From contig CAWGAF010000002.1 of assembly GCA_963820495.1 (NCBI GenBank), positions 121,913 to 185,912 of the forward strand: 64,000 nt of DNA. Direction: 5' to 3'. Below are positions 37,417 to 46,213 of the stretch, piece after piece. Positions within the stretch are counted from its first letter, which is position 1. Each line of letters begins with the position of its first letter. The notes beneath the pieces are model-generated. The model saw nothing but the letters and a program-made list of their open reading frames with translations, made no database searches and had not been told where the DNA came from. Source of the DNA: an uncultured Chloroflexia bacterium (GTDB lineage Bacteria > Chloroflexota > Dehalococcoidia > GIF9 > UBA5629). The translations under genes were made by a program, and so were the position numbers.

Positions 37417-37879
37417 CTTTTTTTTTCAGTCCTAATATAAGGAAAACAATAAGGACGATTACTCCGACGGTGATGGCTGAATCGGCAATATTAAATGCAG
37501 GCCAATAAAAATCATGCCAGAGACGAACGAGGATGAAATCAGTAACATGCCCGAAGCGAATGCGGTCGATCATGTTGCCCAGAGCGCCGCCAAAAACCAG
37601 TCCCAGGGCTATAGTACCCAGAGTATTGGATCGAGGAAGGTGGCGGTAAAAAAGCAAAATTACTACCAATCCCACTATGGCGATGATGGTTAGCAGAAAA
37701 GACTGATTAGTAATCAGGCTAAATGCTGAACCGGTGTTTTGTAAGTGGGTGATGCTGAAGCGCCCTATCTCGGGGAAGGATTCTCCAGGCAACAAATTAG
37801 CTCTTATCCAGGATTTGCTTAGTTGGTCAGCGGCTACCACAAAGGCAGCAATGAACAGGAATGTCCACCTTCTCCACAC
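37400..37879 (-). CDS. lspA: lipoprotein signal peptidase II
   Basis: 159 aa with four TM helices, NTGSAFS and FNIADS motifs. Confidence 0.88.
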   Translation of the reverse strand: MWRRWTFLFIAAFVVAADQLSKSWIRANLLPGESFPEIGRFSITHLQNTGSAFSLITNQSFLLTIIAIVGLVVILLFYRHLPRSNTLGTIALGLVFGGALGNMIDRIRFGHVTDFILVRLWHDFYWPAFNIADSAITVGVIVLIVFLILGLKKKDGRTS

Positions 37880-37880
37880 G

Positions 37881-38276
37881 TTATGGTGTCGACCTGCTCC
37901 TGGTATTTTTTGTCTGGCTTGCTCTGCAATTCAGGCATAAGACAGCATGGGGAAGTGCTTCGAGTCTGGCCGGTTCTATTGGCTTACCGCATTGGTCACA
38001 TATACCATATGTGCCAGCATCATACTTTTGTATAGCACGGTTTATTTTAGACAGAACATCTATAACTTGTTTCTCTAGAGCCATCCTCTTTTCCAACTCC
38101 ATGACTTCGGTGGCTTCCTCTTCTCTTTTACCAAAAGGACTACCTTCGCGTCTTTCGTCGGCTGGCCCAATCTTTACTTTCAATTCTTCCAGCTCTTTAT
38201 TGAGACGTTCTCGCTCTTTCAGAAGGTGATTATAAATTTCAGCAACATCAGTCATCTTGTAAACCTGTAATAACAT
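37881..38276 (-). CDS. DksA/TraR-family C4 zinc-finger protein
   Basis: 131 aa: coiled-coil N-terminus, then CDQCGKPIEPARLEALPHAVLCLNC. Confidence 0.75.
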   Translation of the reverse strand: MLLQVYKMTDVAEIYNHLLKERERLNKELEELKVKIGPADERREGSPFGKREEEATEVMELEKRMALEKQVIDVLSKINRAIQKYDAGTYGICDQCGKPIEPARLEALPHAVLCLNCRASQTKNTRSRSTP

Positions 38277-38412
38277 ACTGTAGATGCTATTCTAACTCAT
38301 GATATAAATGTTTATCAACCTTTTTCTCTGCATACCTCTCGACTGATAGGTAAAGAAAATACTTTAAAGCGCAGAGCTGCTCTCTAAAGCCCCGATACAG
38401 GGACGAATAGGA

Positions 38413-39180
38413 TTAGTCAGCCATGAGCCGAAGCTGGCGTATGGTGTTTACAGCTTGTCCTTGCCAATGGTTATTGGCAAAGATGAAGGTCTTCCCAGCT
38501 AGGCCATCTATTTTTCGTATTTTTGGCAGCCATTCATACAGTTCTTCTATCGAATAGGTATAATCGTATCGCTCATAGGCATATTCATGTTGCCACCACT
38601 TAGCTGCATTTCTACCATGAAAGCGTATATAACCTATATTGCTGGTAACCTCAGCTACTGGCGGCATTAGCCGCGGTAACTTTGGCTCATCAACAGAACA
38701 GAAGCCAAGGTTGTGGCTGCGGAGCCAGTCGAATACCTCTGGATTTATCCATTGTGCATTGCGAAATTCCACAACTAATGGCAGGTCTCCCAACCTTTCC
38801 CGAAAAAGTTCGACATAGTCCTGGTTATGCCGATTGAAACCAAAGCTGTAAGGAAACTGGGCTAACACACAACCAAGCTTACCAGCATCGATAAAAGGAC
38901 GGAGCATCTGGACAAAAGATACAAAAGCTGCGTTTTCATTTTGGCGAGTATGAGTCATGTCCTGGTTTGCCTTGATAGAAAACAAAAAACCTTCTCCAGT
39001 CTTGGCAATCATATTATTGACCACAGAAAGTTTGGGTATAGCGTAATAGGTGGAATTCAGCTCGAGAGCATTGAATTCGAGGGCATAGAGGCGAAGCCAC
39101 TCCTGCCGTGGCATGATGGGAGGATAAAAATGACCTACCCAATCATTATAACTGAATCCTGAAGTGCCAAAGTAGAGCAT
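38413..39180 (-). CDS. DUF72 (UPF0759) family protein
   Basis: 255 aa: MLYFGTSGFSYNDWVGHFYP N-terminus typical of DUF72, FEFRN-like VEFRNAQW. Confidence 0.8.
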   Translation of the reverse strand: MLYFGTSGFSYNDWVGHFYPPIMPRQEWLRLYALEFNALELNSTYYAIPKLSVVNNMIAKTGEGFLFSIKANQDMTHTRQNENAAFVSFVQMLRPFIDAGKLGCVLAQFPYSFGFNRHNQDYVELFRERLGDLPLVVEFRNAQWINPEVFDWLRSHNLGFCSVDEPKLPRLMPPVAEVTSNIGYIRFHGRNAAKWWQHEYAYERYDYTYSIEELYEWLPKIRKIDGLAGKTFIFANNHWQGQAVNTIRQLRLMAD

Positions 39181-39320
39181 AGCTCAGCTTACCACAGTTA
39201 CTGAAAGAAAGACACATAAATCAAAAGGTTTTACCAACCTCATGCACGCGCTGCATTTCTTGTGAAAGAAGATAGGGAAAAGACTTTAGTTAAGATTAAA
39301 GTAGTCTTGCAGGCTTAAGC

Positions 39321-39482
39321 TTATCTAACAACAGCCGCAAAAATGGCTATTAAGCCAATTACAATAAGATAGATTCCCACCACGTAGTTCAGTATCTTGG
39401 GGAAAATCATCACGATGATTCCAAAAATTATGGTTACTACTCCCCACAATAGACCACCTACAGGCAAGGAAAAACCGGTCAT
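39321..39482 (-). CDS. small two-TM membrane protein, DUF3096-like (53 aa)
   Basis: Below the track cut-off. ATG is preceded by GGAGGG at 8 nt. Translation: MTGFSLPVGGLLWGVVTIIFGIIVMIFPKILNYVVGIYLIVIGLIAIFAAVVR*. Confidence 0.65.
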   Translation of the reverse strand: MTGFSLPVGGLLWGVVTIIFGIIVMIFPKILNYVVGIYLIVIGLIAIFAAVVR

Positions 39483-39797
39483 AATGATTTCCCTCCTTTC
39501 TACTTATTAATGCTAGAGTTCAAATAACTGGTCCTTTAATTTCTGTGCCAGAACTTTTTGCCACAAAAAGTTTTCCCTTGAGATAGAATTTGGAAGCCTT
39601 TTCTAATTTTAACCTATGATGTCAATGGGAATGGAATGTTATGAAATTCTTACTGGTGGTGAGGACTAGCGATTAAAAGTTAGGATGATTCTGATACGAT
39701 ACCAGCATTTAACTTGTTATCAAAATTGAATGGGACAGCTAGCGAATTAGTTGGACACTTGCTGCCCCGAATGGTTGAAAGATAAGAATAACAGGTT

Positions 39798-41711
39798 CTA
39801 CACTTCTCTGAATTCGCCTTCTACGGTGCCTTCCTCGCCACCTTGTTGTTGTTCACCGCCATGAGGAGGTGGCTCACCGCCGCCGGGTGGTGGTGGTGTT
39901 GGCCCAGCCTGTTGTTGATAAACTGCAGCACCGACTTTTTGCATCAAATCGGATAGCTCACGAGTGGTATTACGAATGTAGTTTATATCGCTGCCCTGAA
40001 GGGCTGAGCGTAATGCTGCTATTTTCCCCTCAATTTCCTGTTTTAAGTCAGCAGGCACTTTGTCACCTTGCTCGCGGAAAATTCGCTCGGCAGTATAGAT
40101 AAGACTATCCGCGTTGTTACGTGCCTCTATTTCCTCCTTCTTCTTGGTGTCTTCAGCAGCGTGGGCCTCTGCATCTCTAGCCATCTTCTCTATCTCTTCC
40201 TTGCTCAGACCACTGGATGCAGTGATGGTAATTTTTTGTTCCTTGCCAGTACCTTTGTCCTGTGCTCGGACGTTTAAAATTCCATTAGCATCGATGTCAA
40301 AGGTAACTTCAACTTGGGGAACGCCTCTCGGTGCCGGCAGAATACCATCAAGTATGAAGCGTCCCAGTGTTCTATTGTCGGCTGCCATGGGACGTTCACC
40401 CTGTAAAACATGTATTTCTACGGAGGGCTGATTATCAGCTGCCGTGCTGAAAATCTGGCTTTTTGCGGTGGGTATAGTAGTATTGCGTGTGATGAGGGGT
40501 GTAGCCACGCCACCTAAAGTCTCGATACCTAGAGTAAGCGGTGTAACATCGAGTAGAAGTACTTCTCTCACATCTCCCTTAAGTACGCCTGCCTGAATAG
40601 CTGCACCCAATGCCACTGCTTCGTCAGGATTGATTCCCTTTATCGGTTCCTTGCCGAAGAACTGCCGGACCATGTCTTGAACCTTGGGCATTCTGGTCTG
40701 GCCGCCAATTAGCACCACATCGGTAATCTGGGCTGTAGTGAGGTCTGCGTCTGATAAAGCTTTGCGACATGGCTCCATAGTCCTTTCCAGTAGATCATGT
40801 GCTAATTGTTCCAGCTTAGCACGAGTTAGATTAATGTTCATGTGTTTAGGGCCTGAGGCATCAGCAGTAATAAAAGGCAAGTTTATATCAGTCTGGGCTA
40901 CAGTCGATAACTCTTTTTTGGCTTTTTCGGCGGCATCCTTAAGCCTTTGAAGAGCCATCCTGTCTTGTCTCAAGTCTATGCCCGCTTCTTTTTTGAACTC
41001 ATCGCATAACCAGTCCATGATTATCTGGTCAATATCATCGCCGCCGAGGTGGGTATCGCCATTAGTAGACTTTACCTGGAAAGTGCCTTCACCGAGCTCA
41101 AGTATGGATATGTCAAAAGTGCCACCGCCCAAGTCATAAACAGCGATGGTTTCTTCTTTCTTTTTATCCAGCCCATAGGCCAATGATGAGGCTGTGGGCT
41201 CGTTAATGATGCGGAGCACGTTTAGGCCAGCTATCTTTCCAGCATCCTTGGTTGCCTGGCGTTGGCTGTCATTGAAATAGGCAGGCACCGTGATCACTGC
41301 GTCAGTAACTTTTTCACCAAGATAGGCTTCGGCATCGATCTTTAACTTCTGCAGGATCATGGCTGAAATTTCAGGGGGACTATAATCCTTGCCACCCATG
41401 GCTACTTTGGCATCACCGTTAGGAGCTTCAACAATCTTATAGGGTAGGCGCTTTATGTCATTTTGGACTTCAGTGTCTTTGTACTTGCGCCCCATGAGAC
41501 GCTTGATGCTGAATATTGTATTCTCGGGGTTGGTAACCGACTGGCGTTTTGCCAGCAATCCCACCAGACGTTCGCCCTTTTTATCGATAGCAACCACAGA
41601 TGGCGTAAGCCGCTCACCCTCGGAATTGGGGATAATTTTAGGTTCGCCACCTTCAATAACTGCTACCACACTTAAAGTAGTTCCTAAGTCAATTCCTATA
41701 GTTTTTCCCAT
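39798..41711 (-). CDS. dnaK: chaperone DnaK (Hsp70)
   Basis: 637 aa: [25 protein letters not shown]; Gly/Pro-rich C-terminus. Confidence 0.97.
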   Translation of the reverse strand: MGKTIGIDLGTTLSVVAVIEGGEPKIIPNSEGERLTPSVVAIDKKGERLVGLLAKRQSVTNPENTIFSIKRLMGRKYKDTEVQNDIKRLPYKIVEAPNGDAKVAMGGKDYSPPEISAMILQKLKIDAEAYLGEKVTDAVITVPAYFNDSQRQATKDAGKIAGLNVLRIINEPTASSLAYGLDKKKEETIAVYDLGGGTFDISILELGEGTFQVKSTNGDTHLGGDDIDQIIMDWLCDEFKKEAGIDLRQDRMALQRLKDAAEKAKKELSTVAQTDINLPFITADASGPKHMNINLTRAKLEQLAHDLLERTMEPCRKALSDADLTTAQITDVVLIGGQTRMPKVQDMVRQFFGKEPIKGINPDEAVALGAAIQAGVLKGDVREVLLLDVTPLTLGIETLGGVATPLITRNTTIPTAKSQIFSTAADNQPSVEIHVLQGERPMAADNRTLGRFILDGILPAPRGVPQVEVTFDIDANGILNVRAQDKGTGKEQKITITASSGLSKEEIEKMARDAEAHAAEDTKKKEEIEARNNADSLIYTAERIFREQGDKVPADLKQEIEGKIAALRSALQGSDINYIRNTTRELSDLMQKVGAAVYQQQAGPTPPPPGGGEPPPHGGEQQQGGEEGTVEGEFREV

Positions 41712-41741
41712 GTTCTCCTCCTTGCAGATATGCAGTTAATA

Positions 41742-42332
41742 TTACGAATCTGTTGTCTCGTTCGGTTTCTCTTCCTCTGTCTTTTCTTTGTCTTCATCAG
41801 TGTATTTGTGCTCTTTACCCTTGCCAACTACGACCAAAGCTGGTCGTAACAACCTATCCTTTAGCTTATAACCCTTCTGTACCTCATTAATTACTATTCC
41901 CTCTTTTCCCTCCAATTGTGCTACAGCTTCATGGAGGCTTGGTTCGAAGGGTTTGCCTACGGCTTCAACTTCAGTTAGCCCCTGTGACTCCAAGACTGCT
42001 CTGAGTTTGCGATGAATAAGCAAGACACCATCAACCCAAGTGAGTTTTGCTAGTTTTGGTGGTAGCGAGGTAATAGCCCGTTCCAAATCATCTAGTACTG
42101 GCAGGAGATTAAGGATAAGAGCCCAGTTGGCATAAGCGGTAGTCTCATTCTTTTCCTGCTCGGCACGCCTTTTGTAGTTACTGAAGTCGGCTTCTGCCCT
42201 CTGCCAGTTAGCCAGATATTTATCCGATTTCTCTTTTTCCTCTGCCAGATTGCGCTTTAGAGTTCCGATATCCTCCTCTGCAGCTACTCCGGGTGCTTCG
42301 TTTTCAGGTCTTACCTCATTTTCTTCAGCCAA
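41742..42332 (-). CDS. grpE: nucleotide exchange factor GrpE
   Basis: 196 aa: acidic N-terminus, RAEADFSNYKRR, GYKLKDRLLRPALV. Confidence 0.92.
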   Translation of the reverse strand: MAEENEVRPENEAPGVAAEEDIGTLKRNLAEEKEKSDKYLANWQRAEADFSNYKRRAEQEKNETTAYANWALILNLLPVLDDLERAITSLPPKLAKLTWVDGVLLIHRKLRAVLESQGLTEVEAVGKPFEPSLHEAVAQLEGKEGIVINEVQKGYKLKDRLLRPALVVVGKGKEHKYTDEDKEKTEEEKPNETTDS

Positions 42333-42353
42333 TCCTAATCTCCTCTCTCAGTA

Positions 42354-43397
42354 TTATTGTTCTTCACCGCAAACCCCGGCTAAAAGATAACTTAGTACGT
42401 CGGACATATAGCCCACAGTGGAAATAGCTCTGCGGTAATCCATGCGAGTAGGGCCGATAACACCAACTGCGCCTCTGACCTTTTGGGGTATACCATATCG
42501 ACTTAGCACTAAACTTAAGTCTTTAAGCGATTCGTCGTGACTTTCCTCACCGATGACGACTTGTACTCGCTCATTTTCTAACTGCTTGTGTAGCACTGAC
42601 TTGAGCCAGTCTTTAGCTTCCATTAATTCCATCATTCTGAGCATTCTGTCTTTACCAATGAACTCAGGTTGTCCCAGCATCAGGCGTAATCCTTCAATGT
42701 AAGTTGCATGATATTCAAGCTCGTCTTCTGTAGCCATCATATCAGCTATAGCTTCGGTTATCCTCTGTTCTTCAGAAGTTGATGTAAGTTTCTTAGTTGA
42801 TACTTGGGCACTGCTCAAACCGGCATAGTTGGCGTTTAGCTTATTAGCGATACTGGTTAGTTGTTCCTGAGTTATCGGTTGGCTAAATGGTAGAAGTTGC
42901 TGTTTGAGCACCGTTTCGCTCAGTACCAGAATTAGCAAAGCTAGGAATTCGTGTAATGATACTAGCTCCAGGTGTTTAAATCGGCATTGATTTGCCTTGG
43001 GAAAAGTAACTACAGCAGCATTGCCAACAAGGCGGGCCATCAGTGCTGCTGCTAGCTTAAGCCATCTTTCGACTTCTTCTTCTACATTATGAAATGAGTC
43101 ACGAATGCGGTATTGCTCCTCCATAGGAAGCTCAATGTCTTTGGATATTGACTCGACATGGTGACGATAGCCCTTAGCTAGAGGTACACTACCGGCAGAG
43201 GTATGTGGCTTGGTGATATAGCCTTCTTTTTCCAAATATGCCATATCATTGCGGATAGTTGCTGAACTTATACCGAGTTTATAATTACGGAGGATAGTCT
43301 CTGAAGCAACAGGCAATGCCGTAGCTATATACTCAGCTACTATTATATTGAGAATAGATTTTCTTCTTGGAGTAAAACCACTTGCCAATTTTAGCAC
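42354..43397 (-). CDS. hrcA: heat-inducible transcription repressor HrcA
   Basis: 347 aa: wHTH N-terminus (RKSILNIIVAEYIATALPVAS), GAVGVIGPTRMDY. The track GTG start (43397) lies inside CIRCE. TTG at 43388 has GGAGAG 8 nt upstream and may be the real start. Confidence 0.9.
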   Translation of the reverse strand: MLKLASGFTPRRKSILNIIVAEYIATALPVASETILRNYKLGISSATIRNDMAYLEKEGYITKPHTSAGSVPLAKGYRHHVESISKDIELPMEEQYRIRDSFHNVEEEVERWLKLAAALMARLVGNAAVVTFPKANQCRFKHLELVSLHEFLALLILVLSETVLKQQLLPFSQPITQEQLTSIANKLNANYAGLSSAQVSTKKLTSTSEEQRITEAIADMMATEDELEYHATYIEGLRLMLGQPEFIGKDRMLRMMELMEAKDWLKSVLHKQLENERVQVVIGEESHDESLKDLSLVLSRYGIPQKVRGAVGVIGPTRMDYRRAISTVGYMSDVLSYLLAGVCGEEQ

Positions 43398-43417
43398 TCT
43401 CCGCTTGTGACTGCTAA
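43391..43417 (-). promoter_or_regulatory. CIRCE operator (HrcA binding site)
   Basis: TTAGCACTC-N9-GACTGCTAA matches the consensus TTAGCACTC-N9-GAGTGCTAA at 17/18 positions. It sits directly between the promoter and the hrcA start. Confidence 0.9.
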
Positions 43418-43427
43418 TTTATTATTT

Positions 43428-43456
43428 ATTATAATGTAATGCCTAGGGTATGACAA
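43428..43456 (-). promoter_or_regulatory. sigma70-type promoter of hrcA-grpE-dnaK
   Basis: The minus strand reads TTGTCA-17 nt-TATAAT (-35 at 43456-43451, -10 at 43433-43428), 10 nt upstream of CIRCE. Confidence 0.7.
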
Positions 43457-43464
43457 GTCAGAAC

Positions 43465-43494
43465 ATAAAAGGCGACTTCGAAGTCGCCTTTTAT
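43465..43494. repeat. perfect 30-nt palindrome ATAAAAGGCGACTTC/GAAGTCGCCTTTTAT (bidirectional terminator-like; resembles IS termini)
   Basis: Read directly from the sequence. The core GGCGACT...AGTCGCC equals the outermost 7 nt of both inverted repeats of the neighbouring IS1595-family element. Confidence 0.8.
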
Positions 43495-43672
43495 CTGGTT
43501 CGTTATTAAAATAAGGCGACTATACCGCCATAACAGGTATAGTCTCAAAATATCCCTCCACAAGATTACTTCAAATTAATAATACTTCAAGGGAACTTAA
43601 CTGTGCAAAAACCAACACTATATGTCGTTCTTTTGGTATTATGGATTGGGGTAATTTTGTTAGGAGGTTTTT

Positions 43673-44173
43673 ATGCCAAAATTCTCTTGGGGCAAAGTTA
43701 AGGACACGATGGGTGGAATTGGGAATAAAATTGCGAAAATGCTGGAATTATTTATCAGGGAAATCAAAGAATGGGGAATATATGTCAAGTCAAGGGGCTA
43801 TATACTCCTACGGCGTTTTTGGTATATTCTGTCAATCACGTCAGTTGCTGCATTCATTATTACTATCGTTTTTCCTTTGTTCAACATTATTCCTACGGAG
43901 ACATTACAGGCAATGAACATTATTGTTATTTTAATGCTGGCGTTAGTTCTTGGTATCCCCATTTTGAGTTTACTGGTTTACTCGTTTTCATATCGTGGCA
44001 GAAAAGTTTTTGATGAAATAATCCATTATCAAGACCAATTAGCACTAGACAAGTTTAGAGGAAAAATGATGGATGATATGAAAATAATCAAATCTAAGTT
44101 GGAAAACATTGAGAATAAACTAGACAATCATGAAGATAGATTACAGAAAATCGAAAATATTATAGACAAGTAA
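43673..44173 (+). CDS. passenger gene 1: two-TM membrane protein with C-terminal coiled coil
   Basis: 166 aa, TAGGAGGT SD. TM helices SITSVAAFIITIVFPLF and IIVILMLALVLGIPILSLLVY. The tail KLENIENKLDNHEDRLQKIENIIDK has heptad-like repeats. Confidence 0.65.
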   Translation: MPKFSWGKVKDTMGGIGNKIAKMLELFIREIKEWGIYVKSRGYILLRRFWYILSITSVAAFIITIVFPLFNIIPTETLQAMNIIVILMLALVLGIPILSLLVYSFSYRGRKVFDEIIHYQDQLALDKFRGKMMDDMKIIKSKLENIENKLDNHEDRLQKIENIIDK

Positions 44174-44174
44174 A

Positions 44175-44720
44175 ATGAATACTATTACAATAGCAACAAG
44201 AAAACCGTTTTTACATAGGACAAAGCCAATGGATGTATTATGGGGAGCTTGGGTAAAGGAACTCAGAGATAACCCTAGTGACCTACGTGCCTTCGACGTA
44301 ATTGGTATTTATGACACCATTCACAAAAAAGGAAAGCCCGATTTCCCTTTTACAACTGATTTACAAATTGTCCTAGCTTATAGGGTGACGGATAGTTCAG
44401 AATTTGGTCAAATATATCAACTTACTTTCGATTTCAGAGACCAGTTCGGAGTTAATCAAATTTTCAAAATGAACGACCAGATTATTGCTTACGAAGGCGA
44501 TATTCCTGTTCAATTATACGAAACATATGAATTTAAGAATGTTACGATAAAAGAGCCAGACTTCTATAAGCTAAGTGTTTTACTTGATGGACACTTTATA
44601 CTATATATTCCTTTACGGATTAATGCACCCAAAATGGTGATTGTTGAAGATGCAGAGAGACAGATTACAACAGAATTATGGCCTGAAGATTATGATGAGT
44701 ACAAGAAAAAGGGGAAATAA
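44175..44720 (+). CDS. passenger gene 2: soluble hypothetical protein
   Basis: 181 aa; starts 1 nt after the gene 1 stop; beta-rich; no family recognised. Confidence 0.6.
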   Translation: MNTITIATRKPFLHRTKPMDVLWGAWVKELRDNPSDLRAFDVIGIYDTIHKKGKPDFPFTTDLQIVLAYRVTDSSEFGQIYQLTFDFRDQFGVNQIFKMNDQIIAYEGDIPVQLYETYEFKNVTIKEPDFYKLSVLLDGHFILYIPLRINAPKMVIVEDAERQITTELWPEDYDEYKKKGK

Positions 44721-44723
44721 GTT

Positions 44724-44963
44724 ATGTTCAAAAAGAGGGTAACTCAATTTACAATAAAGCAAAGAGCTGGCGAATCGCCGGATATATTAGTCACTAGAAC
44801 GCAGTATATACCTATTCCTCTTAAGCATTCAAAGACAAAGGGGAAAAACAAGCCTATTGACTACGGTATTACAGAGGAACAATTCGATACTATTCTAAAA
44901 AAGGCAGCACAACCAACTAAAAAGCTTAAAACTGATTTGGAAAAATTAGATAAGGGTAGTTGA
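44724..44963 (+). CDS. passenger gene 3: small basic hypothetical protein
   Basis: 79 aa, AAGGGGA SD, Lys-rich. Confidence 0.55.
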   Translation: MFKKRVTQFTIKQRAGESPDILVTRTQYIPIPLKHSKTKGKNKPIDYGITEEQFDTILKKAAQPTKKLKTDLEKLDKGS

Positions 44964-44964
44964 A

Positions 44965-45285
44965 GTGAGAATCTTTGGCTGGTTATTACTTTTCATTGGG
45001 TTGGTTTCACTTTGGTTGTTATGGCCTTACATAGTTGGATTTTCTGGGCTCACTATTCCTACTGTTACAACTGATAACGGGGTTATGAGGTATGTACCCG
45101 GGGCAATTGTACAGTATAAAATACCTTTTTGGATGATTTTGCCACCATGTTTGTGTATTGGATTTGGAATTTGGTTAGGAGTTCGCAAACGCCAAAAACC
45201 AAAATATACTGTTTGCCCCCATTGTCATTCGCCAATCAGTTTGGAACAGAGGTTTTGTATTAACTGTGGGAGTAAATTAGATTGA
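44965..45285 (+). CDS. passenger gene 4: two-TM membrane protein with C-terminal zinc ribbon
   Basis: 106 aa; GTG start 1 nt after the gene 3 stop; CPHCHSPISLEQRFCINCGSKL. Confidence 0.6.
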   Translation: MRIFGWLLLFIGLVSLWLLWPYIVGFSGLTIPTVTTDNGVMRYVPGAIVQYKIPFWMILPPCLCIGFGIWLGVRKRQKPKYTVCPHCHSPISLEQRFCINCGSKLD

Positions 45286-45288
45286 GAA

Positions 45289-46137
45289 TTAAATCTGATT
45301 CAGAAAAAGCTCGAACATTGACCTTTCATCAAAACGATGGTTATAACGGAATGCATACTCATTCAAATAAGATTGTAAGTATTTAGGTGAAACAGAATGA
45401 TAAACGCCATTGATACCACGTTTAATTTGAGACCAGAAACCCTCGATATTGTTGACGTGGGCTTTACCACGGACGTATTGCTTGGCTCTGTGATTGATTC
45501 TTTGATGATTAAATCCGATATAAGTAAGATGGTCGTAAGTAGGGAATTCATCAGTATAAATGATGGTATTCTTGGATATATTCCTGTTAATCATAGGGGT
45601 TATCGTAGACCGTTTAGCATCGGGGACAACGGAAGCCATGACTTTGCCTTTTCTTTGGACAAGGCCGACTACAACGGTTTTACCCTGTGCCCCACGACCA
45701 CGTGTGCCATGACGAGCACCGCCGACGTAGGTTTCGTCAATTTCAACTTCGCCAGTAAATATAGAGGATTCTTCACTAAGAAGTGTTCTAATCTGTTTAA
45801 ACATTCTCCAAGCAGTTTTATACGTAACGCCTGTCTCTCTTTGAATCTGTTTAGCAGAAATACCGCATCGAGTAGAAGCCATACGATGTATAACTTCAAA
45901 CCAAGTTCTAAGTGGAGTAGCGGACTTATGAAAAATTGTGCCAGCAGTCGGGTAAACTTGGTGATTGCAGTAATCGCAATTATAGCAATGGCGATTAGCA
46001 ATTTTATGATGTTTGGTTACTCGCTGGCAGTTCGGACAATAAATCCCGTCTGGATAGCGTTGATTCTTAATCCATTCAAGGCAAGTATCGTCATCTGGAA
46101 ACTTTGCGTCAAAATCATTTGTCGTAAACTTTTGCAT
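45289..46137 (-). CDS. IS1595-family DDE transposase with N-terminal zinc-ribbon
   Basis: 282 aa: CPNCQRVTKHHKI...YNCDYCNHQV ribbon, EIDETYVGG, IIYTDEFPTYD, VNNIEGFWSQIKR. Confidence 0.88.
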   Translation of the reverse strand: MQKFTTNDFDAKFPDDDTCLEWIKNQRYPDGIYCPNCQRVTKHHKIANRHCYNCDYCNHQVYPTAGTIFHKSATPLRTWFEVIHRMASTRCGISAKQIQRETGVTYKTAWRMFKQIRTLLSEESSIFTGEVEIDETYVGGARHGTRGRGAQGKTVVVGLVQRKGKVMASVVPDAKRSTITPMINRNISKNTIIYTDEFPTYDHLTYIGFNHQRINHRAKQYVRGKAHVNNIEGFWSQIKRGINGVYHSVSPKYLQSYLNEYAFRYNHRFDERSMFELFLNQI

Positions 46138-46160
46138 TTCTCTATCCCCCTTACACAGGT

Positions 46161-46189
46161 ATTATATCATAAAACTTACCTGTTGTCAA
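46161..46189 (-). promoter_or_regulatory. consensus sigma70 promoter for the transposase inside the right IS end
   Basis: The minus strand reads TTGACA-17 nt-TATAAT (-35 at 46189-46184, -10 at 46166-46161), followed by the AAGGGGGA SD and ATG 46137. Confidence 0.65.
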
Positions 46190-46213
46190 GGGATAGTCGC
46201 CTAAAATAAAATA

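Larger units (their letters stand above)
43515..46201 (-). mobile_element. IS1595-family transposon (2687 bp) with four passenger genes, flanked by 8-bp target-site duplication TAAAATAA
   Basis: Left end is GGCGACTATACCGCCATAACAGGTA (43515-). The right-end reverse complement is GGCGACTATCCCTTGACAACAGGTA (-46201), matching at 20/25 positions. TAAAATAA occurs at 43507-43514 and again at 46202-46209. The only recombinase is the IS1595-type DDE transposase. The whole segment is AT-rich. Confidence 0.8.

Noticed and set aside
39732-39768. Possible dnaK terminator hairpin (GGGGCAGC...GCUGUCCC on the minus strand, followed by a U-containing tract)
   Set aside because: It has a 21-nt loop, one G-U pair and a weak U-tract. 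It is plausible but not strong enough to list as a feature.
45397-46209. 270-aa ORF antisense to almost the whole IS1595 transposase, running through the IS end
   Set aside because: Its length is striking for AT-rich DNA. However, it has no SD and no motifs, and it crosses the inverted repeat and the target duplication. It most likely results from codon usage of the transposase frame, and I cannot support it as a gene.
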